A stretch of 64,000 nt of DNA. Source: Spirochaetota bacterium. Lineage in GTDB: Bacteria; Spirochaetota; UBA4802; UBA5550. Location: NCBI GenBank assembly GCA_963664815.2, contig CAXXHB010000003.1, positions 704,001 through 768,000 on the forward strand, written 5' to 3'. The position numbers and the translations under genes are program-made. The notes under the pieces are model-generated. The model searched no databases. It had not been told where the DNA came from and saw only the letters and a list, made by a program, of their open reading frames with translations. Positions 40,895 to 49,462 of this stretch are shown one piece after another (the first letter of the stretch is position 1; every line of letters begins with the position of its first letter).

Positions 40895-41434
40895 TTATAA
40901 ACGCGCGTTTTTCTCTGTCTGTAACGATGTTGAAACGGTATTGAAACGGTTTTTAACAGGGTCTTCATACTGCTTAAATACCGTTTCAACAGATGTACTT
41001 TTATTTTCTACCGTATAAATATTACTCTGTCTATTTGCTGATCTGCTGTTTTCAGAAGAACCGCAGGTATAATCTGCAATATCACCGGAAGCGGATACAG
41101 CCGCTATATCCACTGTTACGCCGCTGCCCGATGATGTCACGGGTGAACCGGGTACAATACCACGAAGGTATTCAGACATAAACAGGTTATACCCTGACTT
41201 TTTCTTCCTCTTCGCTCTCAACCGGTACATATTTTTCTCCTCTTCGGGGAGTACCTGCCATGCCTTTACGCTGCCGCTGAAATTACCCCTGCATTTTACC
41301 TGCGGCTCTGTGCGCGGATTCGCTGGTATTGTACGTCTTTTGATGTAGGTTTTTCCGTAGCGCCTGTAAAGCACAAGGCCTTCCAGACCTCCATGTGCTG
41401 TTCTGAGAAAGGGATGAAGCTTTGTTCCTGCCAT
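40895..41434 (-). CDS. Basic hypothetical protein (NPRT-x-x-Q-x3-R-x2-F motif family)
   Basis: AAGGAG RBS; strongly basic N-terminal ~90 aa and a low-complexity tail. Confidence 0.7.
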   Translation of the reverse strand: MAGTKLHPFLRTAHGGLEGLVLYRRYGKTYIKRRTIPANPRTEPQVKCRGNFSGSVKAWQVLPEEEKNMYRLRAKRKKKSGYNLFMSEYLRGIVPGSPVTSSGSGVTVDIAAVSASGDIADYTCGSSENSRSANRQSNIYTVENKSTSVETVFKQYEDPVKNRFNTVSTSLQTEKNARL

Positions 41435-41853
41435 ACATTTATCTCCTTATTTATCAATTTTTAATCGCTATATTGAGACTTATGCCCTTTATTAACAGTC
41501 CGGAAAAACAAATGACATGGGGCAAGCAAATTTTTAAAAAATTAAAGATTAATACTTTTCTGAATATCAGTGTAATAATATCCCAACGCAGCTGCACTTG
41601 TACGATTATGCGGACAAATGTCTGAACACGATTACAGGATTAAGGGATGACCGGGATTAAAAAACAAAGAGAAGAAACCGCTGATAACTTTTTTTTTCCC
41701 GATGTTTTGACTGTCTATATTTGCGCAGGATTTCATATATAAAAACGCCCTGTATAATGTATCAGAAACACTGGTGAACATGGAAAATCGGATTGACATT
41801 TAATTAATACATACTGATATATTATCAAAAAATTTATTAATCGCGACATTATT

Positions 41854-42306
41854 ATGAAAAAAAATGAAGAAGTCAGCGCCGAGCAGTTTTTAAGAATTAT
41901 CAATAAGCTGATTTTTAACAGTAAAAACAATGTTCTTGTTAGTGGTGATAATCTCAAACTTTTTCCTTCAGAAATCCATCTGATTCTTGTTATCACTGAT
42001 GGTAAATCAGAAAATTACAGCAAAATTGTTCAACAGCTGGGAGTAACAAAAGGTGCGGTGTCACAGACCATTTCGCGTCTTGTTAAAAAAGGAATTTTAG
42101 AGAAGAGAAAAAAACCTGATAGTAATGATCTGACAATCCTGTTGACTGATAACGGCAAAAAGGTATTTAAGCAATGTAAAAAATTCCAGGAAGGTATTTA
42201 TAAACAATTATCATCCTACATGACTTCCCTTACTGAAAAGGATCGTGGTGTTATCGGAGAATTTTTAAATTATATAGAGGCTGAATTAAACTCCGTTAAA
42301 CCCTGA
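41854..42306 (+). CDS. MarR-family regulator
   Basis: LFPSEIHLI...LGVTKGAVSQTISRLVKKG...LTDNG winged HTH; TTGACA at 41793. Confidence 0.92.
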   Translation: MKKNEEVSAEQFLRIINKLIFNSKNNVLVSGDNLKLFPSEIHLILVITDGKSENYSKIVQQLGVTKGAVSQTISRLVKKGILEKRKKPDSNDLTILLTDNGKKVFKQCKKFQEGIYKQLSSYMTSLTEKDRGVIGEFLNYIEAELNSVKP

Positions 42307-42444
42307 TTCAAAATACTGTATACTTTCTTTCCATAAAACTTCGCTGCTGTATTGATTCATCAAAGACTATCCGGGCAGATACCTTAAAAGGTCATTTTAG
42401 ATCTGTATTTATTCCCTGACATTCAGATTTTGAAAAAAGCTCTG

Positions 42445-42475
42445 ATACCCCCGCCGCCGAAGGCGGCGGGGGTAT
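42445..42475. terminator. GC-rich 14-bp hairpin after marR
   Basis: ATACCCCCGCCGCC-GAA-GGCGGCGGGGGTAT. Confidence 0.7.
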
Positions 42476-42530
42476 ATAATATTCCTTTTGACGATAGAAT
42501 ATATGTTCAGGAATTATTACTGATTTTAGA

Positions 42531-42591
42531 TTGACATTTTATTGTTTAGATGCTAAATGGATTTTATTGTTTAGTATCTAAACAATAAAAT
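42531..42591 (+). promoter_or_regulatory. Promoter and palindromic operator of the merB-like gene
   Basis: TTGACA at 42531; perfect repeat ATTTTATTGTTTAG-TAT-CTAAACAATAAAAT at 42561-42591; a second partial copy at 42536-42558. Confidence 0.8.
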
Positions 42592-42609
42592 ATAAAACGA
42601 GGAGATATT

Positions 42610-43374
42610 ATGAAACGTTTGCTGTTTGGCTATAAGCGGCATATTTTGCCGGTACCCTGGGGTCTTTTCAGGAAAATGGCATCTGCCAAAGCCGGAAAAA
42701 ACAGACGGGCTTTCGGCAGACTCGATGATGAACATCGCATGGTGCATCACTTTGTGGTTCGCGAGCTGCCGGGATTTGCAAGGCCGATGGGGCCTGAATA
42801 TGTTGCCGGTATGCTGGGTATGGATCTGGGCCGGGTGGAAACAATAATGGACAACCTGGAACGCCGCAAGGTGTTTTTATACCGCCCCGGCGGGAGGGAT
42901 GTCGAATGGGCATACCCGGTGACCGTGGTGCCAACCCCGCATCGTGTTGAGTTTTCCACCGGTGAGACCATCTGGGCAGCCTGAGGGACAGATGCAGTTG
43001 CAACGCCCTTCGTGCAAGGACGCTTACGTAGTGAACCACTGACTTTCAATATCAGGACAGAGTGTGCATGCTGCGGACGGGAAATCCGGTTCTGTATGAA
43101 CAGCGATTTAACCTTTACCCTGGAAGACGAAACTTCTGACCCGGTATTCTTTGTGCCGATGATCGATCTGACCAAACTCAAGGCGCCGAGTATTATTAAT
43201 GATTTTTGAATGAAGTCTGTATTCTTCTGGTCAGAAGAACATGCAGGAAATCACCGGAAAAAGTATGGAGGGAAAAGCGGTTTATATCTTACCCTCGAGC
43301 AAAACGCATTCCTGGCTCCACTGGCGCAGGAAGTGCCCTTTGAGTTTAACCGCTGTCCCATGGGTGATAAATGA
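42610..43374 (+). CDS. MerB (organomercurial lyase)-like selenoprotein, 254 aa with two UGA-encoded Sec (U125, U200)
   Basis: GAGGAG RBS. One continuous frame: wHTH, AYPVTVVPTPHRV, IWAA-UGA-GTD, RTECACCG, IINDF-UGA-MKSVFFWSEEHA. The UGAs align with MerB YAWC96ALD99 and FC159CHVHFFAS, and a hairpin follows each UGA. Confidence 0.85.
43002..43026 (+). promoter_or_regulatory. Candidate bacterial SECIS for UGA 42982
   Basis: AACG-C-CCUU-[CGUGC]-AAGG-A-CG(C)UU hairpin; the loop starts 26 nt after the UGA and has G at position 2. Confidence 0.5.
43217..43246 (+). promoter_or_regulatory. Candidate bacterial SECIS for UGA 43207
   Basis: CUGUA-UUCUUCU-[GGUC]-AGAAGAA-CA-UGCAG; the GGUC loop is 19 nt after the UGA and resembles the E. 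coli fdhF apical loop. Confidence 0.7.
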
Positions 43375-43429
43375 ACACTTAAATTTCAGAGCTGCCCTCC
43401 GGTTTTTGCATTACAGGAGGGCAGCTGGA

Positions 43430-43618
43430 TCAAATATGAAATTTATTGGTCGCTGTTCCGTGAAGGAGAATCAGTGGTCTGCTGCTTCTGTTTCCGATGA
43501 AGGTTTCACCCAGGACTGTATCAACGCTGATGAAACGCCGTTGAACAGGCCACTTTTCAAGGATTACGGTATAGTAAGCAAGTATATCCTCTTTCCCTTT
43601 TTTACTTCTGTATATCAT
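43430..43618 (-). pseudogene. 3'-truncated alpha/beta hydrolase
   Basis: YxxILEKWPV...VDTVLGETF...PLILLHG start typical of hydrolases; stops after 62 aa with no GxSxG. Confidence 0.65.
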
Positions 43619-44042
43619 GTTCTTCCAGCCCGTTAAAAAGCTGCAGCATAGCGGCTACAGATGAAACATCGCCCCTGAATATGAAGCGCCCATGTCTCTC
43701 CTTCTCGTAGTAGGCAAATTCGAACCTGACGCCGGTTCCCTGGCCCAAGCTGTTAAGCGCTGCTATAATTGAATTCGAGATAGAAGATGCCCTGCTGAAG
43801 TCAGCCTTAAGGTCAATATGGGCATATGCGGCTGTGCCGCTGCTCCCGGCGCCTATGGTTTCATCCGGATCGAAGAGATCCTTCTCCCCCTCCATGAATC
43901 GGCTCAGAGCGTCACCTGTGACCCTCCACTCCCTGCCGACCTTCACTGCGCCAAGCCTTCCCTCGCGGATAAACCTCTGGACTGTTTTGATGTGCAGTCC
44001 GCATAATTCTGAAATCTCCTGTGCTGAATAATATTTTTCCAT
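43602..44042 (-). CDS. Excisionase-like HTH_17 DNA-binding protein
   Basis: YSAQEISELCGLHIKTVQRFIREGRLGAVKVGREWRV; start at ATG 44042. Confidence 0.85.
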   Translation of the reverse strand: MEKYYSAQEISELCGLHIKTVQRFIREGRLGAVKVGREWRVTGDALSRFMEGEKDLFDPDETIGAGSSGTAAYAHIDLKADFSRASSISNSIIAALNSLGQGTGVRFEFAYYEKERHGRFIFRGDVSSVAAMLQLFNGLEEHDIQK

Positions 44043-44191
44043 TTGCTGACCTTTGTAATATATAGTATTAATAAGTAACAATAGGTAATAAGGGGTAATT
44101 TTGTCAAGAAAAAATTTACTTAAATGTGGAGTATTGTCCACCATGGGGTATCATAGATTTAATCTCCTGAATCAGAGTGGATTCGGAATTG

Positions 44192-45370
44192 CTAATCTAT
44201 GATAGACAGATTGTTTTTAGAAATTTGAGTATCTCTGTAAGTCGTGGGTGTCATACCTATGATTTTCCTGAAAGCGGAATTAAATGTAGTCTTGGAATTA
44301 AATCCTGATCTGAATGCTATAGAAAGAATATTTGCATCTTTATTGGCGGGGTCACTTAATATATTTATCGCTTCCTGAACTCTGTATTCGTTGATGAAAG
44401 TATAAAAATTTTTATTCAGGAGATTGTTGATCACCATTGAGAGATGATGTATAGGAATATCAGTCTCTAAAGATAGATCCCTTATTGTGAGATCTTCATT
44501 CAGATAAGGTTTATTATTAATCATAAACAGTTTTAATTTATCGAGATATTCATTATGTTTATTAATATCAATGTTTTGTTTGCTGTATTTATTTGTTTCG
44601 GATACTATTTGTGGATTGTCAATTTCCACATTCATAACAAGATTTTGCTTAAATATTTCAGGCTGATTTATAATATAATAGATAGTTATAAAAAATATTA
44701 TTATAAATAACAGTATATTTATAATAAAAGCAAGCGGTTCAATTATGTTGATTATTTTAAATGCAGACAGCCAGAATCCGATACACCAGTAAATAAGTGA
44801 AACTAAAAGCAGAGTGGTTAATAAAAACAACCAGTTAAAGCTAATTTGTTCAATATCAGAATAGTAATTTTCAATCTTCCTGTTATATTTTTTTATTATA
44901 ATTAAAAGTGTGTAAAAAATATAACAGCTGGAATTAATTAAACCCACTCCAAGAAGAAAAACGAAATATGTCTGCAATTTGCCGGATGCTGCTATTTTAA
45001 AATTGTAGTGGAGTGTTGAAATCAGAAAAATAATCAGGATTATAAAAAATACTATAAAATGCAGTAAGTGAACAGGTTTAAATCTGTCAGTGAGCCCTGT
45101 TATAAATATTGCATAAAAATATATAAACACACCCGCAACCGAAATACCTGGTACGGAAAAAAATGTAAGATAAAATGCAATTGTTTTATAATCCATTATA
45201 TGGAGATAGTGGGTAAAATGAGTTGATGCAATGATAAGAATAAATAATGCGAGATTAATATTTGCTTTTTTATTTTTTTTCATGAAGAGAAGGATAAATA
45301 TTAAAACTATTGATATAGAGAATACAAAAATGAAAAGGAAATTATACACCGGCCAGATATAGCTCTCCAT
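44192..45370 (-). CDS. Membrane-anchored AraC-family regulator
   Basis: Multiple TMs; HHLSMVIN...NFYTFINEYRV...SGFNSKTTFNSAFRK. Confidence 0.9.
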   Translation of the reverse strand: MESYIWPVYNFLFIFVFSISIVLIFILLFMKKNKKANINLALFILIIASTHFTHYLHIMDYKTIAFYLTFFSVPGISVAGVFIYFYAIFITGLTDRFKPVHLLHFIVFFIILIIFLISTLHYNFKIAASGKLQTYFVFLLGVGLINSSCYIFYTLLIIIKKYNRKIENYYSDIEQISFNWLFLLTTLLLVSLIYWCIGFWLSAFKIINIIEPLAFIINILLFIIIFFITIYYIINQPEIFKQNLVMNVEIDNPQIVSETNKYSKQNIDINKHNEYLDKLKLFMINNKPYLNEDLTIRDLSLETDIPIHHLSMVINNLLNKNFYTFINEYRVQEAINILSDPANKDANILSIAFRSGFNSKTTFNSAFRKIIGMTPTTYRDTQISKNNLSIID

Positions 45371-45578
45371 TATATACCTCTTGATCAATAATAACAAAAT
45401 AAAATAATTTTAAACAAATTATTCTTTTAATTCATTAACCCGGTTAAGTACAGCAATTAATTTTTTATTTCAAACGCTTATGAGTGCGTCCTTTTAAGTT
45501 CGTTCGACAAAGGATACAATTTCAATTATAATCTGTATGTTTTAAAGATACATTATTTATAAACATACAGGTTAAAAA

Positions 45579-48500
45579 ATGAACATAGCAAAACTCGCAA
45601 TCAATAGGCCGATATTGATTTCATCAATAGTGGCTTTAATACTGATACTGGGATTGATCTCATATCATAAAATAGGAATGGAACTTTTACCGGATATGAC
45701 ATTCCCGACTTTAGGTGTAACAACTATTTATAAAGGTGCTTCACCTGAAGAGATTGAGCAGCTTATAACAAAACCTCTGGAAGATCAGCTGGGTACACTG
45801 TCAGGATTAAAACATTTAAGTTCGCAAAACATCGAGGGTCTCTCAATAATTACTCTTGAGTTTAACATGGAGGTCAACATTGATGTTGCTTCACAGGATG
45901 TCAGGGATAAGATTAATGTTGCCAAAAATAATCTGCCTGATGATCTTGAAGATGATCCGCTTGTTGAAAAATTTGATCCGGATTCAAATCCTGTAATGAG
46001 AATTGCTCTTATCTCTGATCAATCTCCTTCGGAAATATATGATATTGCAAAAGAGATAATAAAACCACAAATTGAACGGATTCAGGATGTAGGGAGTGTT
46101 AAGATCATCGGAGGAACCCGCAGGGAAATACAGGTTGAAATTGACCAGAACAGACTTAATGAATACCAGATCCCTATGATTCAGGTTGTAAACCAGATAA
46201 AAAGTTCCGGGAAAAACATTCCTGTAGGGAAAAAAGAAAATGGCCTGAACCAGACTTTGTTCAGGTCAATGGGTGAGTTCAACAGCCTTAAGCTGATAGA
46301 AGATACAATGATTTCATTTTCGGGAGATATCGGTAATTCAGTTTCTGTCAGGACATTTGGAGCAGTAAAAGATGGAGTTGAGGATGCTGCAAGTAAAGGA
46401 TATATTTATTATCCGTCACATACCCGTGATTCATCCATTAAAGATAAAAAGGTTTCGAGTTTATACCTCGATATAATCAGGCAGACTGGTACAAATACGG
46501 TTAAAGTTACAGCGCGGGTTAAAGACAACCTGGCGGGTATAAATGAAAATCTGAAAAAACGGTATACCAATTCAAAAGTTGAAATTATTACAGATCAGTC
46601 AAGGTGGGTAAAAATAAACGTAGACGAAGCTGTTTTCTCCATAGAACTCGGCATCTTACTTGCTGTTTTAGTTGTTTACCTGTTTTTAGGCAACATCAGA
46701 TCTACCATAATAACTGCAATAGCAATACCGAACAGTCTTCTTGGCGCAGTTATACTGATGAATACAATGGGATATACCTTTAACGTAATGACTCTGATGG
46801 CACTCTCCCTTGTCGTCGGTCTTCTCGTTGATGATGCGATTGTTGTAAGGGAAAATATTTTCCGTAAACTGGAGAACGGCGATGATTCCTTTACAGCGGC
46901 TGAACATGGAACTACCGAGGTAATGCTTGCTGTTATTGCAACGACCCTGGCAATACTGTCTGTATTTTTTCCAATTGGAATGCTCAGCGGTGTAATAGGC
47001 AAGCTGTTTAAACAGTTCGGATTCACTGTTATTTTTGCACTGGTAGTCAGTCTTTTTGATGCTCTTACAGTAGCTCCTTTCCTGAGTGCTTATTTCGCAG
47101 GTGATGGTAAAAAAGCGGATAATATATTCATAAGAGGTTTTGAAAAATTTCAGGATAAAATGGATAAGATTTATATAAAAATTATGGGGGTGTGTTTAAA
47201 TCATCCTTTAATGATTATCCTGATTACTCTGTTTATTTTTATAACCAGCCTGGGTCTTCTCCCTTTTGTAAAAAAAACATTCATGCCATCTACTGATATG
47301 GGGGAGTTCGGTATAAATATTGATATGCCTGCAGGGTCAAGCATTGATGGGACTGAAGATACTCTTAACAGTATTATTGAAAAAATTAAAAACATCCCGG
47401 ATATTGCTTATCTGGGCGTTACCGCAGGTACGGCAAATGGTGAGATTACTAAGGGCGATATTTTTTGCGCTTTAAAAAAAGATCGTAAAAGCAGTACCGA
47501 TGAAAATAAAGAAAAAATTCGGATTATTCTGAAAGAGTTTGCCTATGCAAGGCCAACTGTAAACAATACTGTCGGAGGGCCTCCCGGCGCGCCCTATTCT
47601 CTGGTTCTTTCCGGGAATGATCTTAAAGTGGTAGAAGAATATGCGGCGAAAATAATGGAGAAGGTGAAGAGCATACCTGATCTGATTGATGTGGATTCCA
47701 CTCTGAAGAAAGGTAGTCCTGAGCTTAGAATAGTTTACAATCCAGAAAAGATGATGTCGGTGGGGGCGTCAAATATTGCATCTGGCACTGAACTGAGATA
47801 TAATATTGAAGGTGAGGTTGTCGGGCAATACCGGGAAAAAAATATTGATTACGATATCCGGGCAAGGCTTAAACCGTCGCAAAGGGATCTGAAAAAGACT
47901 TTTAATGAGACAAGAATCCCTAATAAGAATAACCGCCTGATCCCTCTTAACCTGGTCGCTGAAAACAAACTGACCACAGGTTACACAAAAATATTCAGAG
48001 AGGACAGAGAGTATATAGTGAAAATAACAGCTAACCTGAACAAAAATGGCGCTGTAGGAAATGCTATGGAGCAGACAAGAATGATTATTAAAGAAGTATC
48101 ATTGCCCTCAAGTCTCAGATACAGGTTCAGCGGTCAGTCCGAAACGTTTTCTGAAACGGCATCAAGCGTTATTTTTGCCCTGATAATGGCTATTGTATTC
48201 ATCTATCTCATACTTTCAAGTCTTTATGAATCCTTTGTTACACCTGTAACAATTCTACTTGCCATACCTCCGGCACTTACAGGAGCTTTCTTTGCCCTTT
48301 TTTTGTCCGGATTCATGCTTGATATGTATAGCATGATTGGACTTGTTATGTTAATGGGACTTGTAACAAAAAATTCCATATTGCTGGTTGATAATATAAT
48401 GCATGGTGTTAATTCCGGACTCGGTAGAAAAGAAGCTATTCTCCAGGCAGGGGAAAGAAGGCTGAGGCCAATTCTGATGACAACATTTGCCATGATTGCG

Positions 48501-48686
48501 GGGATGTTTCCGCTTGCAATCGGTTTTGGTGAAGCAGCGCAAATGAGGCAGTCGATGGGAATATCTATTCTGGGGGGGGTAATAATTTCAACTCTTATCA
48601 CTCTTATCGTTGTGCCGGCAGTGTTTGAATATGTTGATAGATTCAGGGTTGCAACTGAAAGCCGGATACTCGTAAGAAGAAAATAA
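45579..48686 (+). CDS. RND efflux transporter permease (AcrB/CzcA family)
   Basis: GASPEEIE, GLLVDDAIVVRENI, KNSILLVD and RLRPILMT motifs; 1035 aa. Confidence 0.95.
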   Translation: MNIAKLAINRPILISSIVALILILGLISYHKIGMELLPDMTFPTLGVTTIYKGASPEEIEQLITKPLEDQLGTLSGLKHLSSQNIEGLSIITLEFNMEVNIDVASQDVRDKINVAKNNLPDDLEDDPLVEKFDPDSNPVMRIALISDQSPSEIYDIAKEIIKPQIERIQDVGSVKIIGGTRREIQVEIDQNRLNEYQIPMIQVVNQIKSSGKNIPVGKKENGLNQTLFRSMGEFNSLKLIEDTMISFSGDIGNSVSVRTFGAVKDGVEDAASKGYIYYPSHTRDSSIKDKKVSSLYLDIIRQTGTNTVKVTARVKDNLAGINENLKKRYTNSKVEIITDQSRWVKINVDEAVFSIELGILLAVLVVYLFLGNIRSTIITAIAIPNSLLGAVILMNTMGYTFNVMTLMALSLVVGLLVDDAIVVRENIFRKLENGDDSFTAAEHGTTEVMLAVIATTLAILSVFFPIGMLSGVIGKLFKQFGFTVIFALVVSLFDALTVAPFLSAYFAGDGKKADNIFIRGFEKFQDKMDKIYIKIMGVCLNHPLMIILITLFIFITSLGLLPFVKKTFMPSTDMGEFGINIDMPAGSSIDGTEDTLNSIIEKIKNIPDIAYLGVTAGTANGEITKGDIFCALKKDRKSSTDENKEKIRIILKEFAYARPTVNNTVGGPPGAPYSLVLSGNDLKVVEEYAAKIMEKVKSIPDLIDVDSTLKKGSPELRIVYNPEKMMSVGASNIASGTELRYNIEGEVVGQYREKNIDYDIRARLKPSQRDLKKTFNETRIPNKNNRLIPLNLVAENKLTTGYTKIFREDREYIVKITANLNKNGAVGNAMEQTRMIIKEVSLPSSLRYRFSGQSETFSETASSVIFALIMAIVFIYLILSSLYESFVTPVTILLAIPPALTGAFFALFLSGFMLDMYSMIGLVMLMGLVTKNSILLVDNIMHGVNSGLGRKEAILQAGERRLRPILMTTFAMIAGMFPLAIGFGEAAQMRQSMGISILGGVIISTLITLIVVPAVFEYVDRFRVATESRILVRRK

Positions 48687-48713
48687 AAATAAATACCGGC
48701 AACAGGAATTAAT

Positions 48714-49373
48714 ATGGTAACCAGAGAAAAAATAATAAAAGCTGCTGTCCATGTTTTTGCCGGGGAAGGTTTTCACGGCGCAAGAATGGAGAATATTGCC
48801 AGATACGGGCATATGAATAAAGCTATGATATATTATTTTTATCAAGGCAAAGAGGAATTATACATTGAAACAGTAAAGTTCATATATAAAAATATTCTGG
48901 AAAATATTTTTATATATGAGTTATCTCCGGCAAATAACAAGGTTGAGTATTTTAGTATTCTTAATTCTGGAATTTGTAAGCTTATAACATTTTTTAAAAG
49001 TAATACTGATTATTTAAATATAATTATTGATGCAACAGTCAGCAGAAACAGTAAAGTTTACGAAGCAGTAAAATATGTCAATGAAACAGATAATGAGAAA
49101 AAAATTGAAAGACTGATAAATTTTCTTGAGAGTGGAAAGTCTTCCGGATTTTTAAATAATATCAGTATAGCAATATTAATTGTCAATATTTTTGGAATTA
49201 TTATCCTAAACTTATTTCCGGATTATATTAATAAGAATTTTAAGATCAGTGAGCAAAACAATGACATGCTGATAATATCGGAATATGAGCATATCATAGA
49301 CATTTTACTGAATCAAATACAGGAAGGCTTTTTTAATGCAGAACAAAATCCGGCAGCCATTGAATATGGCTGA
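48714..49373 (+). CDS. TetR-family regulator
   Basis: TREKIIKAAVHVFAGEGFHGARMENIA...KAMIYYFY. Confidence 0.85.
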   Translation: MVTREKIIKAAVHVFAGEGFHGARMENIARYGHMNKAMIYYFYQGKEELYIETVKFIYKNILENIFIYELSPANNKVEYFSILNSGICKLITFFKSNTDYLNIIIDATVSRNSKVYEAVKYVNETDNEKKIERLINFLESGKSSGFLNNISIAILIVNIFGIIILNLFPDYINKNFKISEQNNDMLIISEYEHIIDILLNQIQEGFFNAEQNPAAIEYG

Positions 49374-49462
49374 TTAGAAGCAGTTTTTTAACTTCAGATC
49401 CGTAAATTCATGGCTATAAAGTGTAGTTGACAATGTATGTGCATGTTCCTGTTAATTACAGC

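Noticed and set aside
43372-43374. Third in-frame TGA as another Sec codon
   Set aside because: It lies beyond the MerB-like domain, has no Cys-equivalent position or clear hairpin, and runs into the convergent gene remnant, so it is treated as the stop.
42610-43636. Separate ORFs 42610-42984, 43012-43209 and 43241-43636, and antisense ORFs 42668-43039 and 42747-43181
   Set aside because: The first two are parts of one UGA-readthrough gene. The others are off-frame or antisense shadows without recognisable motifs.
43602-44042. Excisionase-like gene as evidence of a prophage or ICE
   Set aside because: No integrase, att site or phage genes are present; it is more likely a regulator of the adjacent hydrolase.
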